Virus record (IMG/VR): IMGVR_UViG_3300047472_000449
Reading direction: 5' to 3' (one strand)
DNA from: a virus
Length of the DNA stretch: 64,000 nucleotides
Positions 1-9,328 of this stretch are shown here, piece by piece. Under the pieces are notes generated by a model, which saw nothing but the letters and a program-made list of their open reading frames with translations, searched no databases and was not told the origin of the DNA. The translations under genes were made by a program, and so were the position numbers. Each line of letters begins with the position of its first letter. Position 1 is the stretch's first letter.

Positions 1-400
1 AGGCATGGCTGACTTTTGCATCAATAACGAGCTTGGCGTCTTCTTCTACCTCGTTTTCGATCAGGACATAGTTGTCCGTAACGAGATAGTCTCGGTCGGC
101 TAGGCAGTTAAAGGGATCAATCAGGTAGGCTCCATGGCCGATCCAGCCAAAGGATTGTTTGCCATCCGTGGTATTGAACCACATGATTTTCCCGAGGCTG
201 CCAGTACCCTTTTTGATCGCTTTGAGCAGCACGAGCGCCTCAGCTGACACACCAAGGTGCTCTTTGGTGTTGTGGATCACCTGCCCAATAGTGTTCGGAG
301 TGTCCAGGGAGGTGGTCACTTCCCCCTCAATCGAGTGGTCGGCAAGGAGTTTTATCGCGAGAATGCCTTTGTATGCGGTAACGGTGGCATGAAGAGTCAT
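1..400 (-). CDS. Hypothetical protein, partial (runs off the left edge)
   Basis: Manual translation from ATG at 400 (MTLHATVTAYKGILAIKLL...) stays open to position 1; promoter TTGACA-17-TATTAT at 439-467. Not in ORF track. Confidence 0.7.
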   Translation of the reverse strand, partial: MTLHATVTAYKGILAIKLLADHSIEGEVTTSLDTPNTIGQVIHNTKEHLGVSAEALVLLKAIKKGTGSLGKIMWFNTTDGKQSFGWIGHGAYLIDPFNCLADRDYLVTDNYVLIENEVEEDAKLVIDAKVSHA

Positions 401-438
401 TTATTTAACCTTGGCAATCTGACTGATTTAACCTTCAA

Positions 439-478
439 ATAATATCCTTTTTCCATCATTGTGTCAACCACAGTGTCA
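439..478 (-). promoter_or_regulatory. sigma70 promoter with operator-like palindrome
   Basis: TTGACA (462-467), 17 bp, TATTAT (439-444); palindrome TGTCAAC-CAC-AGTGTCA at 462-478. Confidence 0.7.
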
Positions 479-537
479 AATAAGTGCTGGATTAACGGGG
501 GCTTACCACTTTATAATTTCAAGAAAAAAGGTGAGCC

Positions 538-1575
538 ATGAGCGAAAAAAACACCCCTGAGCAGCCGCAACCACTTGAGGCTTTTGATAAGTTTGAATCA
601 GCGCACGCATCAACAGCAGTTGGTGCTTTAAGTGTGTTGAATGTGATTCACCCTACTGTCCCTGGTGATGATGACTCAGATAGTAGTGATCAACTTGATG
701 ATGACGATTGGGACTACAGTAGTACAGATGAAGCCCCGGCGCCTCCAAGTGCTTTTGTGGACTCGTATGCTCGATACGAAGATGAAAGCTCGGCCAGTGC
801 AGAACGGGCCTTAAAATCGCCGCACCCACACCTGCTGCAACTCGATCAGGATCTTATCGATCTGCTTGAAGAGGACTTGCCTACCTTTGCGCATGGTCAA
901 AGTAGAGCGTTTGGTTTCAACACGTATTCAGCCCAACAAGAAAAACCGTCAGCTGAGTCGCCAGAAGTTGTGGAGAAACAGGATCTCAATTTCTACAACC
1001 CCTTCCGGCTGCCGGAGCCCGAGCGCCGCTATTTAAACGAGGACGACAATATTCGTTCGATTGTGTCCAGGGTTCAACCATTGACCGAGCCGGTTAAAGT
1101 AACGGCGATGTGTTCCAGTCATGTGTCCATCGCTATTGGCGACTACACGACTGTGCTTAAAAAGGAGAACTATGGCAGCGGACAAATGCTGACCATTGGA
1201 ATCAAAGAGCTGGAGGAATTCGTCATGGTGAAGATCAGCGGAAGCCTGATGGGTGGGCGCACCGTGGATCACGGCATTACCAACTCGGAATCTTCAGTGC
1301 TGTGTTTTGCCACCAAAGAGCTGGCCAAGCAGTTCAAGCGCGATTTGATCTGTGCGTATTCCGGCGTAGTGTCCCAGGCAGAAGACGATCCTGATTTTTG
1401 GCTGGGCTTGAGTGACGAAGAGTATGTGTCGGCGGTTCAGAATACGCGCACCCCAACCAACCGCCTGAAGATTGCTCGCAACATTGGGTTGGCGGTGGTG
1501 CTAGTGCCGGTAGGAATCTTTGTCGCTTCGTTTGCCGTGATTTATGGCGCGACGCTGGCCAAGTCCATGTTCTGA
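538..1575 (+). CDS. Hypothetical protein, acidic N-terminus and C-terminal transmembrane helix
   Basis: 345 aa ORF with RBS-like AAGGTGAG; D/S-rich stretch; hydrophobic tail IGLAVVLVPVGIFVASFAVIYGA. Confidence 0.75.
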   Translation: MSEKNTPEQPQPLEAFDKFESAHASTAVGALSVLNVIHPTVPGDDDSDSSDQLDDDDWDYSSTDEAPAPPSAFVDSYARYEDESSASAERALKSPHPHLLQLDQDLIDLLEEDLPTFAHGQSRAFGFNTYSAQQEKPSAESPEVVEKQDLNFYNPFRLPEPERRYLNEDDNIRSIVSRVQPLTEPVKVTAMCSSHVSIAIGDYTTVLKKENYGSGQMLTIGIKELEEFVMVKISGSLMGGRTVDHGITNSESSVLCFATKELAKQFKRDLICAYSGVVSQAEDDPDFWLGLSDEEYVSAVQNTRTPTNRLKIARNIGLAVVLVPVGIFVASFAVIYGATLAKSMF

Positions 1576-1600
1576 AGACGCCTCGGTCTGAGGCGTCTTT
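1575..1600. terminator. Intrinsic terminator hairpin between convergent genes
   Basis: AAGACGCCTC-GGTCT-GAGGCGTCTT. Confidence 0.7.
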
Positions 1601-1613
1601 GGGGCGCCCTGAG

Positions 1614-2255
1614 CTATGCAAGGAGGGCGTAACCACGCTTTGTAATGGTGGTGGCGATCCGAGCGAGAAAAATTACGTTCGTACTCGCGCTATCACCGTT
1701 GCAGGGCCATTCCATTTCAGCCATGGTTTGGCTGATGGCATCCAGCAGTTGCTCGCGAATCGCAGTATCCAGTGATCCGGAGACAGCTGATTCGATTTCC
1801 CGGACGGTCAGGAAGTTTTGTTGACCGATCATAAGCTCTCGGCATTCGCGCCAAAGTGTTACGGCCTGTTCGTCAGTCAGATTCAGGGCGAGCAGTTTGG
1901 CACAGAGCTTTTTCACGCACAGGCTGGCGTACTCTTCAGGTTTATCCATGAGGAAATACAGCTGATGCTCGAACATCGACAGCCAATTGATGCCTTCGTG
2001 CCAGTTCCATTTGCCGGAGAAGGGGTTGAGCCGGTCGCCCAGGTTGGCGCCTTTGGCTTTTTCAACGTCTTCAAAGCGGCAGGCGATCCAGCCATCTTTG
2101 ATGCCAATGGAAAGGATGCCGATATTGGTATTCAGCTGATATTCGTCTGGGTGGTTGGGAACCTCGGTTGCGCCCATTCCTAGAGCGATTCTTTCAACGT
2201 CGTATTTGAATTCCTGAATCTGTTTTTTGGTCATTTTGGCCATGGTTGGCGGCAT
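1614..2255 (-). CDS. Hypothetical protein
   Basis: 213 aa ORF, protein-like composition. Confidence 0.7.
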   Translation of the reverse strand: MPPTMAKMTKKQIQEFKYDVERIALGMGATEVPNHPDEYQLNTNIGILSIGIKDGWIACRFEDVEKAKGANLGDRLNPFSGKWNWHEGINWLSMFEHQLYFLMDKPEEYASLCVKKLCAKLLALNLTDEQAVTLWRECRELMIGQQNFLTVREIESAVSGSLDTAIREQLLDAISQTMAEMEWPCNGDSASTNVIFLARIATTITKRGYALLA

Positions 2256-2510
2256 CCTGTTTTGTAAAAGTATTTTGATCGATGATGGTGTTTGAAGGAA
2301 GCAACTCAGCTGGCGTAGGCTGTTTTTCCATTTACTAGCCGAACACCCCCGCCTCCGCAGAGAATTTCGGCGGCATGATCGTAGCCCAGACGCGTCTCTA
2401 CTCCGTCTATCAGCGTGATCGGCTCTACCTCGGAGTGGCGTTCTTGCAGCAAAACCTTGCCGATCCTCCGCCCGCGTTGACGTTTATTGGTGTTCACATC
2501 AGATCCTTTT

Positions 2511-2795
2511 TTAACGATGAGGGCGAACGAGATGGAGGGCAATCCTCGACAGGTTGGCCTGTGGGCTGTTAGGCCCTTTGCGCCAGCTGTACCAATTTCG
2601 ATCACACACGCCCACTAGCTGGTTGTCTTCATCCCAATGCAAGTCCATATCCCCGGCCAGCCATGATCGATGACACTGAGATCGGGCTATCAGTTTGCGC
2701 ATACTGCGTGGCAGCATAACGCCCTTGTAGCCCAGAAGGTAAAAACGGAAAGCCAAACTGATCATCACGTCAGTCCTTTTGACGAAGTTTGACAT
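2511..2795 (-). CDS. Small hypothetical protein
   Basis: MSNFVKRTDV... within ORF 2511..2843; start chosen by eye. Confidence 0.4.
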   Translation of the reverse strand: MSNFVKRTDVMISLAFRFYLLGYKGVMLPRSMRKLIARSQCHRSWLAGDMDLHWDEDNQLVGVCDRNWYSWRKGPNSPQANLSRIALHLVRPHR

Positions 2796-2991
2796 GCATT
2801 CTTGTGATGGCCGCACCGATGGCCATCCAGCTGATCGCGACACAGGCGTTGCGTGTAACGCTGTCAGGCTCGCTGTTGACCAGGGAAATGATCAACGCTG
2901 CCAATAGGAGCAAAAACAGATCCCCGCGACAGGTCAGCATGAATCGATCTGCCAGTGAGTAGAGCTTGGTCGTGGCGGTGATTTTTGTCAT
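2770..2991 (-). CDS. Small membrane protein
   Basis: 73 aa, two hydrophobic segments; downstream of a perfect promoter at 3057-3085. Confidence 0.6.
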   Translation of the reverse strand: MTKITATTKLYSLADRFMLTCRGDLFLLLLAALIISLVNSEPDSVTRNACVAISWMAIGAAITRMHVKLRQKD

Positions 2992-3056
2992 GGCGCAGTC
3001 CTTAGGGGTGCTTGGCGATGCCGCGCACTGGCGTCAGCATCACTCATCATCATTCA

Positions 3057-3085
3057 ATTATAGTAAGATCCGCAGCATTTGTCAA
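3057..3085 (-). promoter_or_regulatory. Perfect consensus sigma70 promoter
   Basis: TTGACA (3080-3085), 17 bp, TATAAT (3057-3062). Confidence 0.8.
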
Positions 3086-3316
3086 TATGAAAAACATTAG
3101 TCATCAGATTTAGTCGGCATCACTGATCATTAATTATTATTGATTAATTGTGAAATGGTCCGAGGTTTCAAATTTAAATTTGAATTATACCGAGACCCTT
3201 GCTTTATTTTGTTATTAATCATTTATAATCAATTTAACCATGGCCCGTTCACTCATAAGTCTCAGTGCTCGCTATGACGTGTAGATAATAAACAATAAAT
3301 ATTTGAGTGCAATGAA

Positions 3317-4747
3317 ATGACCAAATTAAGATCCGTACTTGCCTTAACGGTTCTGGTGTCAGCCGGAGCTGCTAACGCAGGAGATTTTCGTTACAACTAC
3401 ACCCTTGTCAGTTCCGAGGTGCCTCCTAACTGGACGCAGGCTGACCCTGCTTATGGCAATTGGGTTGATGTCGGCAATATCTACGGCTGTTCGAACTGGT
3501 CGCCCTATACCTCTACTGTTGGTAAGGGCCTGACATTTGAACAGATCGCGACAAATTGCAGCCAAAACCAGACACGCACTGTCCAGCCGCAAATCAAAAA
3601 CAATGTAACCGGCGAGATTAAAGCCGAGGGCGCGATGGGCTCCGAAGATCGAGCCATTATTGTGTCCGATCATCGTGATGCCATTGGCACCCTTGAGAAC
3701 TGGCTGGGGTTTGATCCGACTTTCACCAGTTGGGTGGACACTAATGCGCTATACGGCTGTTCGGCATGGTCTCCAGATCCGGCGATTTACAACCAAAACA
3801 AAGACTTCGTACAGACATCATTGACCTGTAAAACAGATCAGGAGCGTTTTCGTCAGGAGCGCGAGCAGGAGAAATTCACCCAAGAGATTCGCAATGACGG
3901 ATTGCCAATCAAGGAGAATCAAACCCTTTCTGGACAATCAGCAGACAGGGCCTACTCCATCACTTTCGGGGCTTGGGCTGACTCAGGTGCGCTTTATGGT
4001 TGCAGCAACTGGTCGCCTGACCCAGCCACACAGAATCTTGGGCTGACGTTCACTCAAACGGCCACTGATTGCAGTGTTAATCAGCGTCGCGACCGTTTTG
4101 AGGCTTATATCGACCACAAAACAAAAGCGACAGTGAACTTGGTCAGCACAACTGCTACTCAAGTGGTGACGCGTTCATCCACGCGAAGTGCCACTGGCAC
4201 CAAAGAGACTTGGGCGGCAACCACCTCTGTTTATTCAGCCTGGGCCAATTCCTCGGGACTATACAGTTGCGGTGCATATTCGCCTGACCCAAGCGCATAC
4301 ACGGCTGCCACTCAGTTTAACCAGACTGCTTATTGCTACGTGAATCAAAGTCGTACGCGTCAAGATCGTCAAGTTGAAGTCAACAGCGGCGCCATTAGAA
4401 ACGTAGGTGGCCCCGTTGCTGAAGGACAAACCATTGGTGGTCAGCCATCTGTACGTACGTATCTTCAGGATTACTCGGCTTGGGGATGGGGTGCTTTTTA
4501 TAGTTGTGGTGCATGGTCACCAGATCCATCGACCGTCAGTAATGGTTCAGCTTTCACCCAGACTCAGTATTGCTATAGAAATCTGACTCGTGGTGCGGCT
4601 GGCTATATTTACAATGGCGGCTGGGTCGCTGATCCGGCCAATCCTTATCGTGTTGAAACTCAGGTTTATAGTGGTCAACCTAACTATCAAACTGCTTATG
4701 GTACTAAAAATCCATGTGGCACTCGTTGCCAAGGCGGTGGCGGCTAA
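3317..4747 (+). CDS. Secreted Cys/Trp-rich repeat protein, 5 modules (thrombospondin-like W/R pattern)
   Basis: Signal peptide ending ANA; five C-x-x-[WY]-S-P modules followed by a Q-x-x-T-x-C...Q-x-R-x-R pattern; ends CGTRCQGGGG. Confidence 0.85.
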   Translation: MTKLRSVLALTVLVSAGAANAGDFRYNYTLVSSEVPPNWTQADPAYGNWVDVGNIYGCSNWSPYTSTVGKGLTFEQIATNCSQNQTRTVQPQIKNNVTGEIKAEGAMGSEDRAIIVSDHRDAIGTLENWLGFDPTFTSWVDTNALYGCSAWSPDPAIYNQNKDFVQTSLTCKTDQERFRQEREQEKFTQEIRNDGLPIKENQTLSGQSADRAYSITFGAWADSGALYGCSNWSPDPATQNLGLTFTQTATDCSVNQRRDRFEAYIDHKTKATVNLVSTTATQVVTRSSTRSATGTKETWAATTSVYSAWANSSGLYSCGAYSPDPSAYTAATQFNQTAYCYVNQSRTRQDRQVEVNSGAIRNVGGPVAEGQTIGGQPSVRTYLQDYSAWGWGAFYSCGAWSPDPSTVSNGSAFTQTQYCYRNLTRGAAGYIYNGGWVADPANPYRVETQVYSGQPNYQTAYGTKNPCGTRCQGGGG

Positions 4748-4770
4748 TCGCTATTGAGTTAAATTTCAGC

Positions 4771-4797
4771 AAATGCCACCTTTCGGGTGGCATTTTA
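4771..4797 (+). terminator. Intrinsic terminator
   Basis: AAATGCCACC-TTTC-GGGTGGCATTTT. Confidence 0.8.
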
Positions 4798-4965
4798 TTT
4801 TGCGCTTGATTAAACGATTAACCTATTAATTATATGGCTTTACCATTCGTTACATGAAATATATTTATATTATGGTTTATACTCAATTAAAAGAAGTCGT
4901 GTGTTTCGAGAGAAACTGTCTTGGCATTGCTCACGATTAACAAACTAGGTGTGGGAGAAGTGTGA

Positions 4966-5895
4966 ATGAAAAGATTGTGCTCTATTATTGCTTTGAGCGT
5001 GCTGACCGCTTCTGGTGCCTTGCACGCCGGTACGTTTGAATACAACTACGGTCTACGAGGCTCAAAGACTTCTGTCTCTCCGCCTCCAGCGCAGTCAGAA
5101 TGGGTCGCAGCGACGCCGTTGTATGGTGATTGGGCAAACTCCAACAGTCTATATGGATGCTCTAACTGGTCGCCAAGTGCTGCCAGTAAAGAAGACGCCA
5201 CTCTGTGGTTGTCGCAGTCAGCCACTGATTGTACCGCTGATCAAACCCGCACACGTCAGGATCGAGAGGAAAACAAGTCCACTGGAGAGATCCGTAATAA
5301 GGGTGAGCCAACAACAGAAACTCAGCAAATAACCGGACAATCATCCTTGCGTACCTATGTCATACAGGTGGCATGGGCAGATGTTGGCCCTCAATACGAT
5401 TGCACATGGTCGCCACTGGCTTCTGACTATCCGGTTGGCGAGCAATTTAGCCAAACGGGAACCGGCTGCAAGCTTAATCAAACTGCGTCCCGTCAAGAGT
5501 TTTATCAAGATCCTGTGACCACTGAATGGGTAACTGTATCCTCTACTCAGGTAAATAGAACGTTAACTGGCCAACGCTCATATAGAGCAATTACGGGAAC
5601 TAACGAATTTTTCGTTAGCTCGTTATCGCCAAGCCCCTCCGTTATATCTGGCGGCGCTACAAGCACTGTGACGGCGGTCGTTATGGGTACAAATGGCAAG
5701 CTGGCTCAAGAAAACTCGCAAAGTGTTTACTTCACAACCAGTCAGGGCTGGCTATCTGAAGACAATGTTGCTGTTGGTGCTAATGGACAAGCCAGTACTG
5801 TTTTAAACTGCTCGGGATGCTCGGGTGATATCACTGTAACGGCAGTGTCGCAGAACGGCGTAGAGGCATCTACAACCATAAGGGCCGTTCCATAA
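4966..5895 (+). CDS. Secreted protein: 2 Cys/Trp repeat modules plus C-terminal Ig-like (Big-1/invasin-like) domain
   Basis: Signal peptide; CSNWSP and CTWSP modules; C-terminus TSTVTAVV...VYFTTSQG...ANGQASTVL...ITVTA resembles Big-1. Confidence 0.8.
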   Translation: MKRLCSIIALSVLTASGALHAGTFEYNYGLRGSKTSVSPPPAQSEWVAATPLYGDWANSNSLYGCSNWSPSAASKEDATLWLSQSATDCTADQTRTRQDREENKSTGEIRNKGEPTTETQQITGQSSLRTYVIQVAWADVGPQYDCTWSPLASDYPVGEQFSQTGTGCKLNQTASRQEFYQDPVTTEWVTVSSTQVNRTLTGQRSYRAITGTNEFFVSSLSPSPSVISGGATSTVTAVVMGTNGKLAQENSQSVYFTTSQGWLSEDNVAVGANGQASTVLNCSGCSGDITVTAVSQNGVEASTTIRAVP

Positions 5896-5927
5896 TAGCG
5901 GAGTTTTTAATTTCAGACCCGTTAGTC

Positions 5928-5952
5928 AAATGCCACCTTGGGTGGCATATTA
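5928..5952 (+). terminator. Intrinsic terminator (paralog of 4771)
   Basis: AATGCCACC-TT-GGGTGGCAT followed by an AT-rich tail. Confidence 0.65.
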
Positions 5953-6129
5953 TTTGACTTGTTTTTCTAATAAACAGGCCATTCATCTATAAATCGGGTG
6001 GAATATCTCTCCCATAATGAAAATTATTAATCTTATGCTTTATACTACATAGAAGATATCGTGTAGTCGTAAGAGAAAGTCTTGTTGTCGTTATACACGA
6101 ATAATAAATAATAATGGAGGAACGTGTTA

Positions 6130-7062
6130 ATGAAAAGATTGCGCTCTATGATTGCTTTAAGTGTGTTGTTGGCGGCTGGCGGGCTTCACGCCGAAACTTA
6201 TGAATTTAATTACAATCTTCGAGGTGAGAGGGTTGCCATTTCACCCCCTGTTCAGTCAGATTGGGTTGCAACCTCACCTCTATATGGTGATTGGGTTGAT
6301 GTAAACAGCGTCTACGGTTGTTCCAACTGGTCGCCGAGTGCTGCTGATGCAACCGCGACTACGACCTTCACACAGAAGGCTACTGATTGCAGAACTGATA
6401 AAACGCGTACGCGCCAGGATCGTGAAGAAAACACGGGAACCGGGGAAATCCGCAACAAAGGTGATGCGGTATCAGAAACACAGAAATTAACAGGGCAAAC
6501 TGCCTCACGTACCTATGGTGTCATGTTCTATGGCTGGACGGATGTCGGTACTTATTACGATTGCGCTTGGGCGCCATTGACTTCTGAATATCCGATTGGT
6601 GAAGTGTTTACTCAAAGCGGCACTGGATGCAAACTTGATCAAACCACAACCCGTATGGACTATTATCAGGATCATATAACGGGAGAGTATGTCGTTGTTT
6701 CTCAAGTGCCCGTAAATAGAACATTAGCTAACCAGCGTACGTGGAAAAATGCCCAAGGAACGAAGGACTACTTTGTTAGTTCGTTGTCTGCCAGCTCTTC
6801 GGTAATTCCTGTTGGAGGTAAAACCACCATCACAGCGGTCATCATGGATACAAATGGCAAGCTATCGGAAGCTGGATCAGCCATTTCACTCACTACGAAC
6901 ATGGGAATCTTGTCTGATAACTACCCTACCATTGATGCTAATGGGCAGGCCGTCGCCGAATTGGCATGTGACTTTTGCACTGTGGGTAATGCCGTCATCA
7001 GTGCAACCGCTCAGAATGGTGTAACGGTGAGCACCAATGTAAGAGTTATTCCCAGCGAATAA
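6130..7062 (+). CDS. Secreted protein: 2 Cys/Trp repeat modules plus Ig-like domain (paralog of 4966..5895)
   Basis: GGAGG RBS 9 nt before ATG 6130; colinear with 4966 protein throughout. Confidence 0.8.
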   Translation: MKRLRSMIALSVLLAAGGLHAETYEFNYNLRGERVAISPPVQSDWVATSPLYGDWVDVNSVYGCSNWSPSAADATATTTFTQKATDCRTDKTRTRQDREENTGTGEIRNKGDAVSETQKLTGQTASRTYGVMFYGWTDVGTYYDCAWAPLTSEYPIGEVFTQSGTGCKLDQTTTRMDYYQDHITGEYVVVSQVPVNRTLANQRTWKNAQGTKDYFVSSLSASSSVIPVGGKTTITAVIMDTNGKLSEAGSAISLTTNMGILSDNYPTIDANGQAVAELACDFCTVGNAVISATAQNGVTVSTNVRVIPSE

Positions 7063-7167
7063 GCAGTAACACTTTAGGGTCGCCTCAAAAGCTACCCTAT
7101 CGGAAGGGGCCAGCCGGGTTCTCGCTCTCTGCTTGTTGTCCCCACTCTAGTATTTCGGCCCTCAATG

Positions 7168-7198
7168 AAAAAACCAAGCATCAATGCTTGGTTTTTTT
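7168..7198. terminator. Bidirectional intrinsic terminator
   Basis: AAAAAACCAAGCA-TCAA-TGCTTGGTTTTTT. Confidence 0.85.
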
Positions 7199-7213
7199 GT
7201 GTCGGCGAGGGGA

Positions 7214-7372
7214 TTAGCGGTTACGCAGTTCCCAATCCAGGTTCGCCGGGCGGGTCGCGGTGACCGAAGGCGACTTGGCTTCAGCGGTGGCCGAGGTTTT
7301 CACAGCTTCACCTGCCATCGCAACGGCGGACAGGGACATTGCCACAACAACAGCCAGTACGGTACGTTTCAT
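7214..7372 (-). CDS. Secreted LRNR peptide, copy A (52 aa)
   Basis: MKRTVLAVVVAMSLSAVAMA-GEAVKTSATAEAKSPSVTATRPANLDWELRNR; GGAG RBS; own promoter. Confidence 0.85.
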   Translation of the reverse strand: MKRTVLAVVVAMSLSAVAMAGEAVKTSATAEAKSPSVTATRPANLDWELRNR

Positions 7373-7403
7373 GTGAAGCTCCATCTGTTTGGTTGATGTG
7401 TTC

Positions 7404-7443
7404 ATTATGACAAGACCCCTCAGTAATGTCAATGCTATTTACA
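7404..7443 (-). promoter_or_regulatory. Promoter/operator of peptide copy A
   Basis: TTGACA (7427-7432), 17 bp, CATAAT; TGTCAAT-GCT-ATTTACA. Confidence 0.75.
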
Positions 7444-7456
7444 CTAAATTGTTTGG

Positions 7457-7999
7457 TTAACCTGCATGCTGGGTCAAAAACAACGCTCTGGACTTGATGG
7501 CAGCGCGCACAATAGCATGCGCCACATCGCCGTAATCGCCGCCAAAGTATTCTTGAACGACCTGATGGGAAGGAAGGCGCTTCCAGGCACTGCCATCTGC
7601 AAAATCCAGATTGATCTTCAGGCTGCTCAGCAGGCGATAGAGATCCCCCTCATCGGTCAGCGGATTCCACAGCCAGCCGAAACCGCCGTCGCGCATCCGG
7701 TGACTGCTGACGCCTTTGCACGCGGGTTTTGAAAAGTGAGGGTGATCATCATGGACGTAGATGCCGATGCCGTGTTGATGATCCCACCATGTGCCGCCGA
7801 GCGGCCCCACACCGTTGACCATCACACCGTCCTCAATGCCACAGGCACGCGTGGCCATCTCCAGCAACTCGCGATCCGTGAAGGACTCCAGGTCGAGGTT
7901 GGCCGATGCCATCAGGGGGCGATTGGGACACGGCAGGTTTCCAGAGCCCAGGTGCTTCTCTCCGCAGGCCATGCAGGTGTATCCATTCCACGCATTCAT
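7457..7999 (-). CDS. Phage-type hypothetical protein (TDRELLE...WNPL.D.GD...AIVRAA family)
   Basis: Motifs typical of small phage proteins; N-terminal CxxC. Confidence 0.65.
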   Translation of the reverse strand: MNAWNGYTCMACGEKHLGSGNLPCPNRPLMASANLDLESFTDRELLEMATRACGIEDGVMVNGVGPLGGTWWDHQHGIGIYVHDDHPHFSKPACKGVSSHRMRDGGFGWLWNPLTDEGDLYRLLSSLKINLDFADGSAWKRLPSHQVVQEYFGGDYGDVAHAIVRAAIKSRALFLTQHAG

Positions 8000-8025
8000 G
8001 CTCTAGTGTCCTTTATGTGATGGGT

Positions 8026-8502
8026 TCACGCGCACATGGCAACGATGGGCGCTGGCTGGTTGATCGGGGCGTTCTCGATCATGTTGGCAAGCTCGAACAT
8101 CCGGCGCAGGATCGTCGTGGTGAGCTTGTTGGCCTTGGCCTCGGTCAGCGGCGTGTGTGCTGTGCAGTAGTTCTTGAATGCACTGGCCGTGGTGTCGTAA
8201 TAGCCCTTGCCTTCCAGCACCAAGATGCGATCCGTCTGCTTGTTGGCTGCCCATGCTGTCACGATAATCTGGGTGCTGAGAACGGATTCAGAAGTGAGAA
8301 AAATCTCCAGTTCAATGCTCCAGCTTTTCTCGCCGTCGTCACAAATGTCGGTGCCAATGCAGTAGGACTTGTCACTTTGACTGTAGTGATGAATATTGAA
8401 TTCTGTGAAAAAATAGCGCACGCCAAGATTTTCGATCAGGTGTTCCATGCGCGGCGCAAAGCCTTGGGTTTGTTGTGAGTCCTGCAATTTAAGTGCTCGC
8501 AA
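8026..8502 (-). CDS. Hypothetical protein
   Basis: 158 aa ORF in the co-oriented minus-strand run; start uncertain. Confidence 0.6.
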   Translation of the reverse strand: MRALKLQDSQQTQGFAPRMEHLIENLGVRYFFTEFNIHHYSQSDKSYCIGTDICDDGEKSWSIELEIFLTSESVLSTQIIVTAWAANKQTDRILVLEGKGYYDTTASAFKNYCTAHTPLTEAKANKLTTTILRRMFELANMIENAPINQPAPIVAMCA

Positions 8503-8553
8503 TTAAGGGGTCAAAAAATGATCCCCGGCATCGGCCAGGGATCAGGTGTTGGG

Positions 8554-8982
8554 TTAAAGGGTTGCATTGATCTGTTCGAGGCGCACTGCCACGGCGATCA
8601 TTTCCTTGAGCAGCGTGATCGCAGCGAAGGCGTTGGCATCTGGAACCTCCCACAGCTTGCAATGCTCGATGAACAAGGCGACGGCTTTCTCTTCAGCGTA
8701 GCCATGTTCGTAAACTACCTGCTTCTCGGTAACACCGACATCATCCTGCAAAAATTCCAGGGCGATGGAGTAAAACAGTCTTGATTTCGAATCGCGCATG
8801 TCGATATACAGCGTCAGCTCTACAGCATCAGGGCCTTCTGCCTCAGGGTCGGTTGACGCCATCGTTGCGACCGGCCCGGTAATGTCGTAACCATCACCCA
8901 TGTCCATGTGCTGCAAATTCGGCAGCACTTGATCGAGGTTAAGAGGTTTGATTGCAGCTTGAAACGCTTGTTGCATGTCCAT
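8554..8982 (-). CDS. Hypothetical protein
   Basis: 142 aa ORF. Confidence 0.65.
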   Translation of the reverse strand: MDMQQAFQAAIKPLNLDQVLPNLQHMDMGDGYDITGPVATMASTDPEAEGPDAVELTLYIDMRDSKSRLFYSIALEFLQDDVGVTEKQVVYEHGYAEEKAVALFIEHCKLWEVPDANAFAAITLLKEMIAVAVRLEQINATL

Positions 8983-9010
8983 GGCGAACTCACTTCATTT
9001 CGGGTAAAGA

Positions 9011-9328
9011 TTAGTTGTTGGCTTCTTGCGCTTTTTCACGTGCCAACAGCGCATTCCAGGCAGGCAATGTCCACGGGACAGATCCCTCTTGCATACGCTC
9101 ACGTTCGGTGAGTTCTGCGTACGGTTTACGGCCTTCTAGCTTGCGCCATTTAGCGTCGATGTCAGCCATATGGCCATCAAGAGTTTCCTGACCCGGCATT
9201 TTCATGACGGTTTTTTTGGAATGGTATAGCTCCCACCCCTGAGTCCCGTCCATGATCCAGCAAGGAGGAACCTCAGTGCCGAGGTAGCTGCGTTTGCAGC
9301 CATTATATCGTACTCTGGACATCTGCAT
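9011..9328 (-). CDS. Hypothetical protein
   Basis: 105 aa ORF; promoter TTGACA-17-TATTAT at 9350-9378. Confidence 0.65.
   Translation of the reverse strand: MQMSRVRYNGCKRSYLGTEVPPCWIMDGTQGWELYHSKKTVMKMPGQETLDGHMADIDAKWRKLEGRKPYAELTERERMQEGSVPWTLPAWNALLAREKAQEANN

Noticed and set aside
7214-7372. LRNR peptides as classical RiPP precursors
   Set aside because: They carry Sec signal peptides rather than leader peptides, and no radical SAM, YcaO, LanM or dedicated transporter genes lie nearby. Not excluded if the enzymes are elsewhere.
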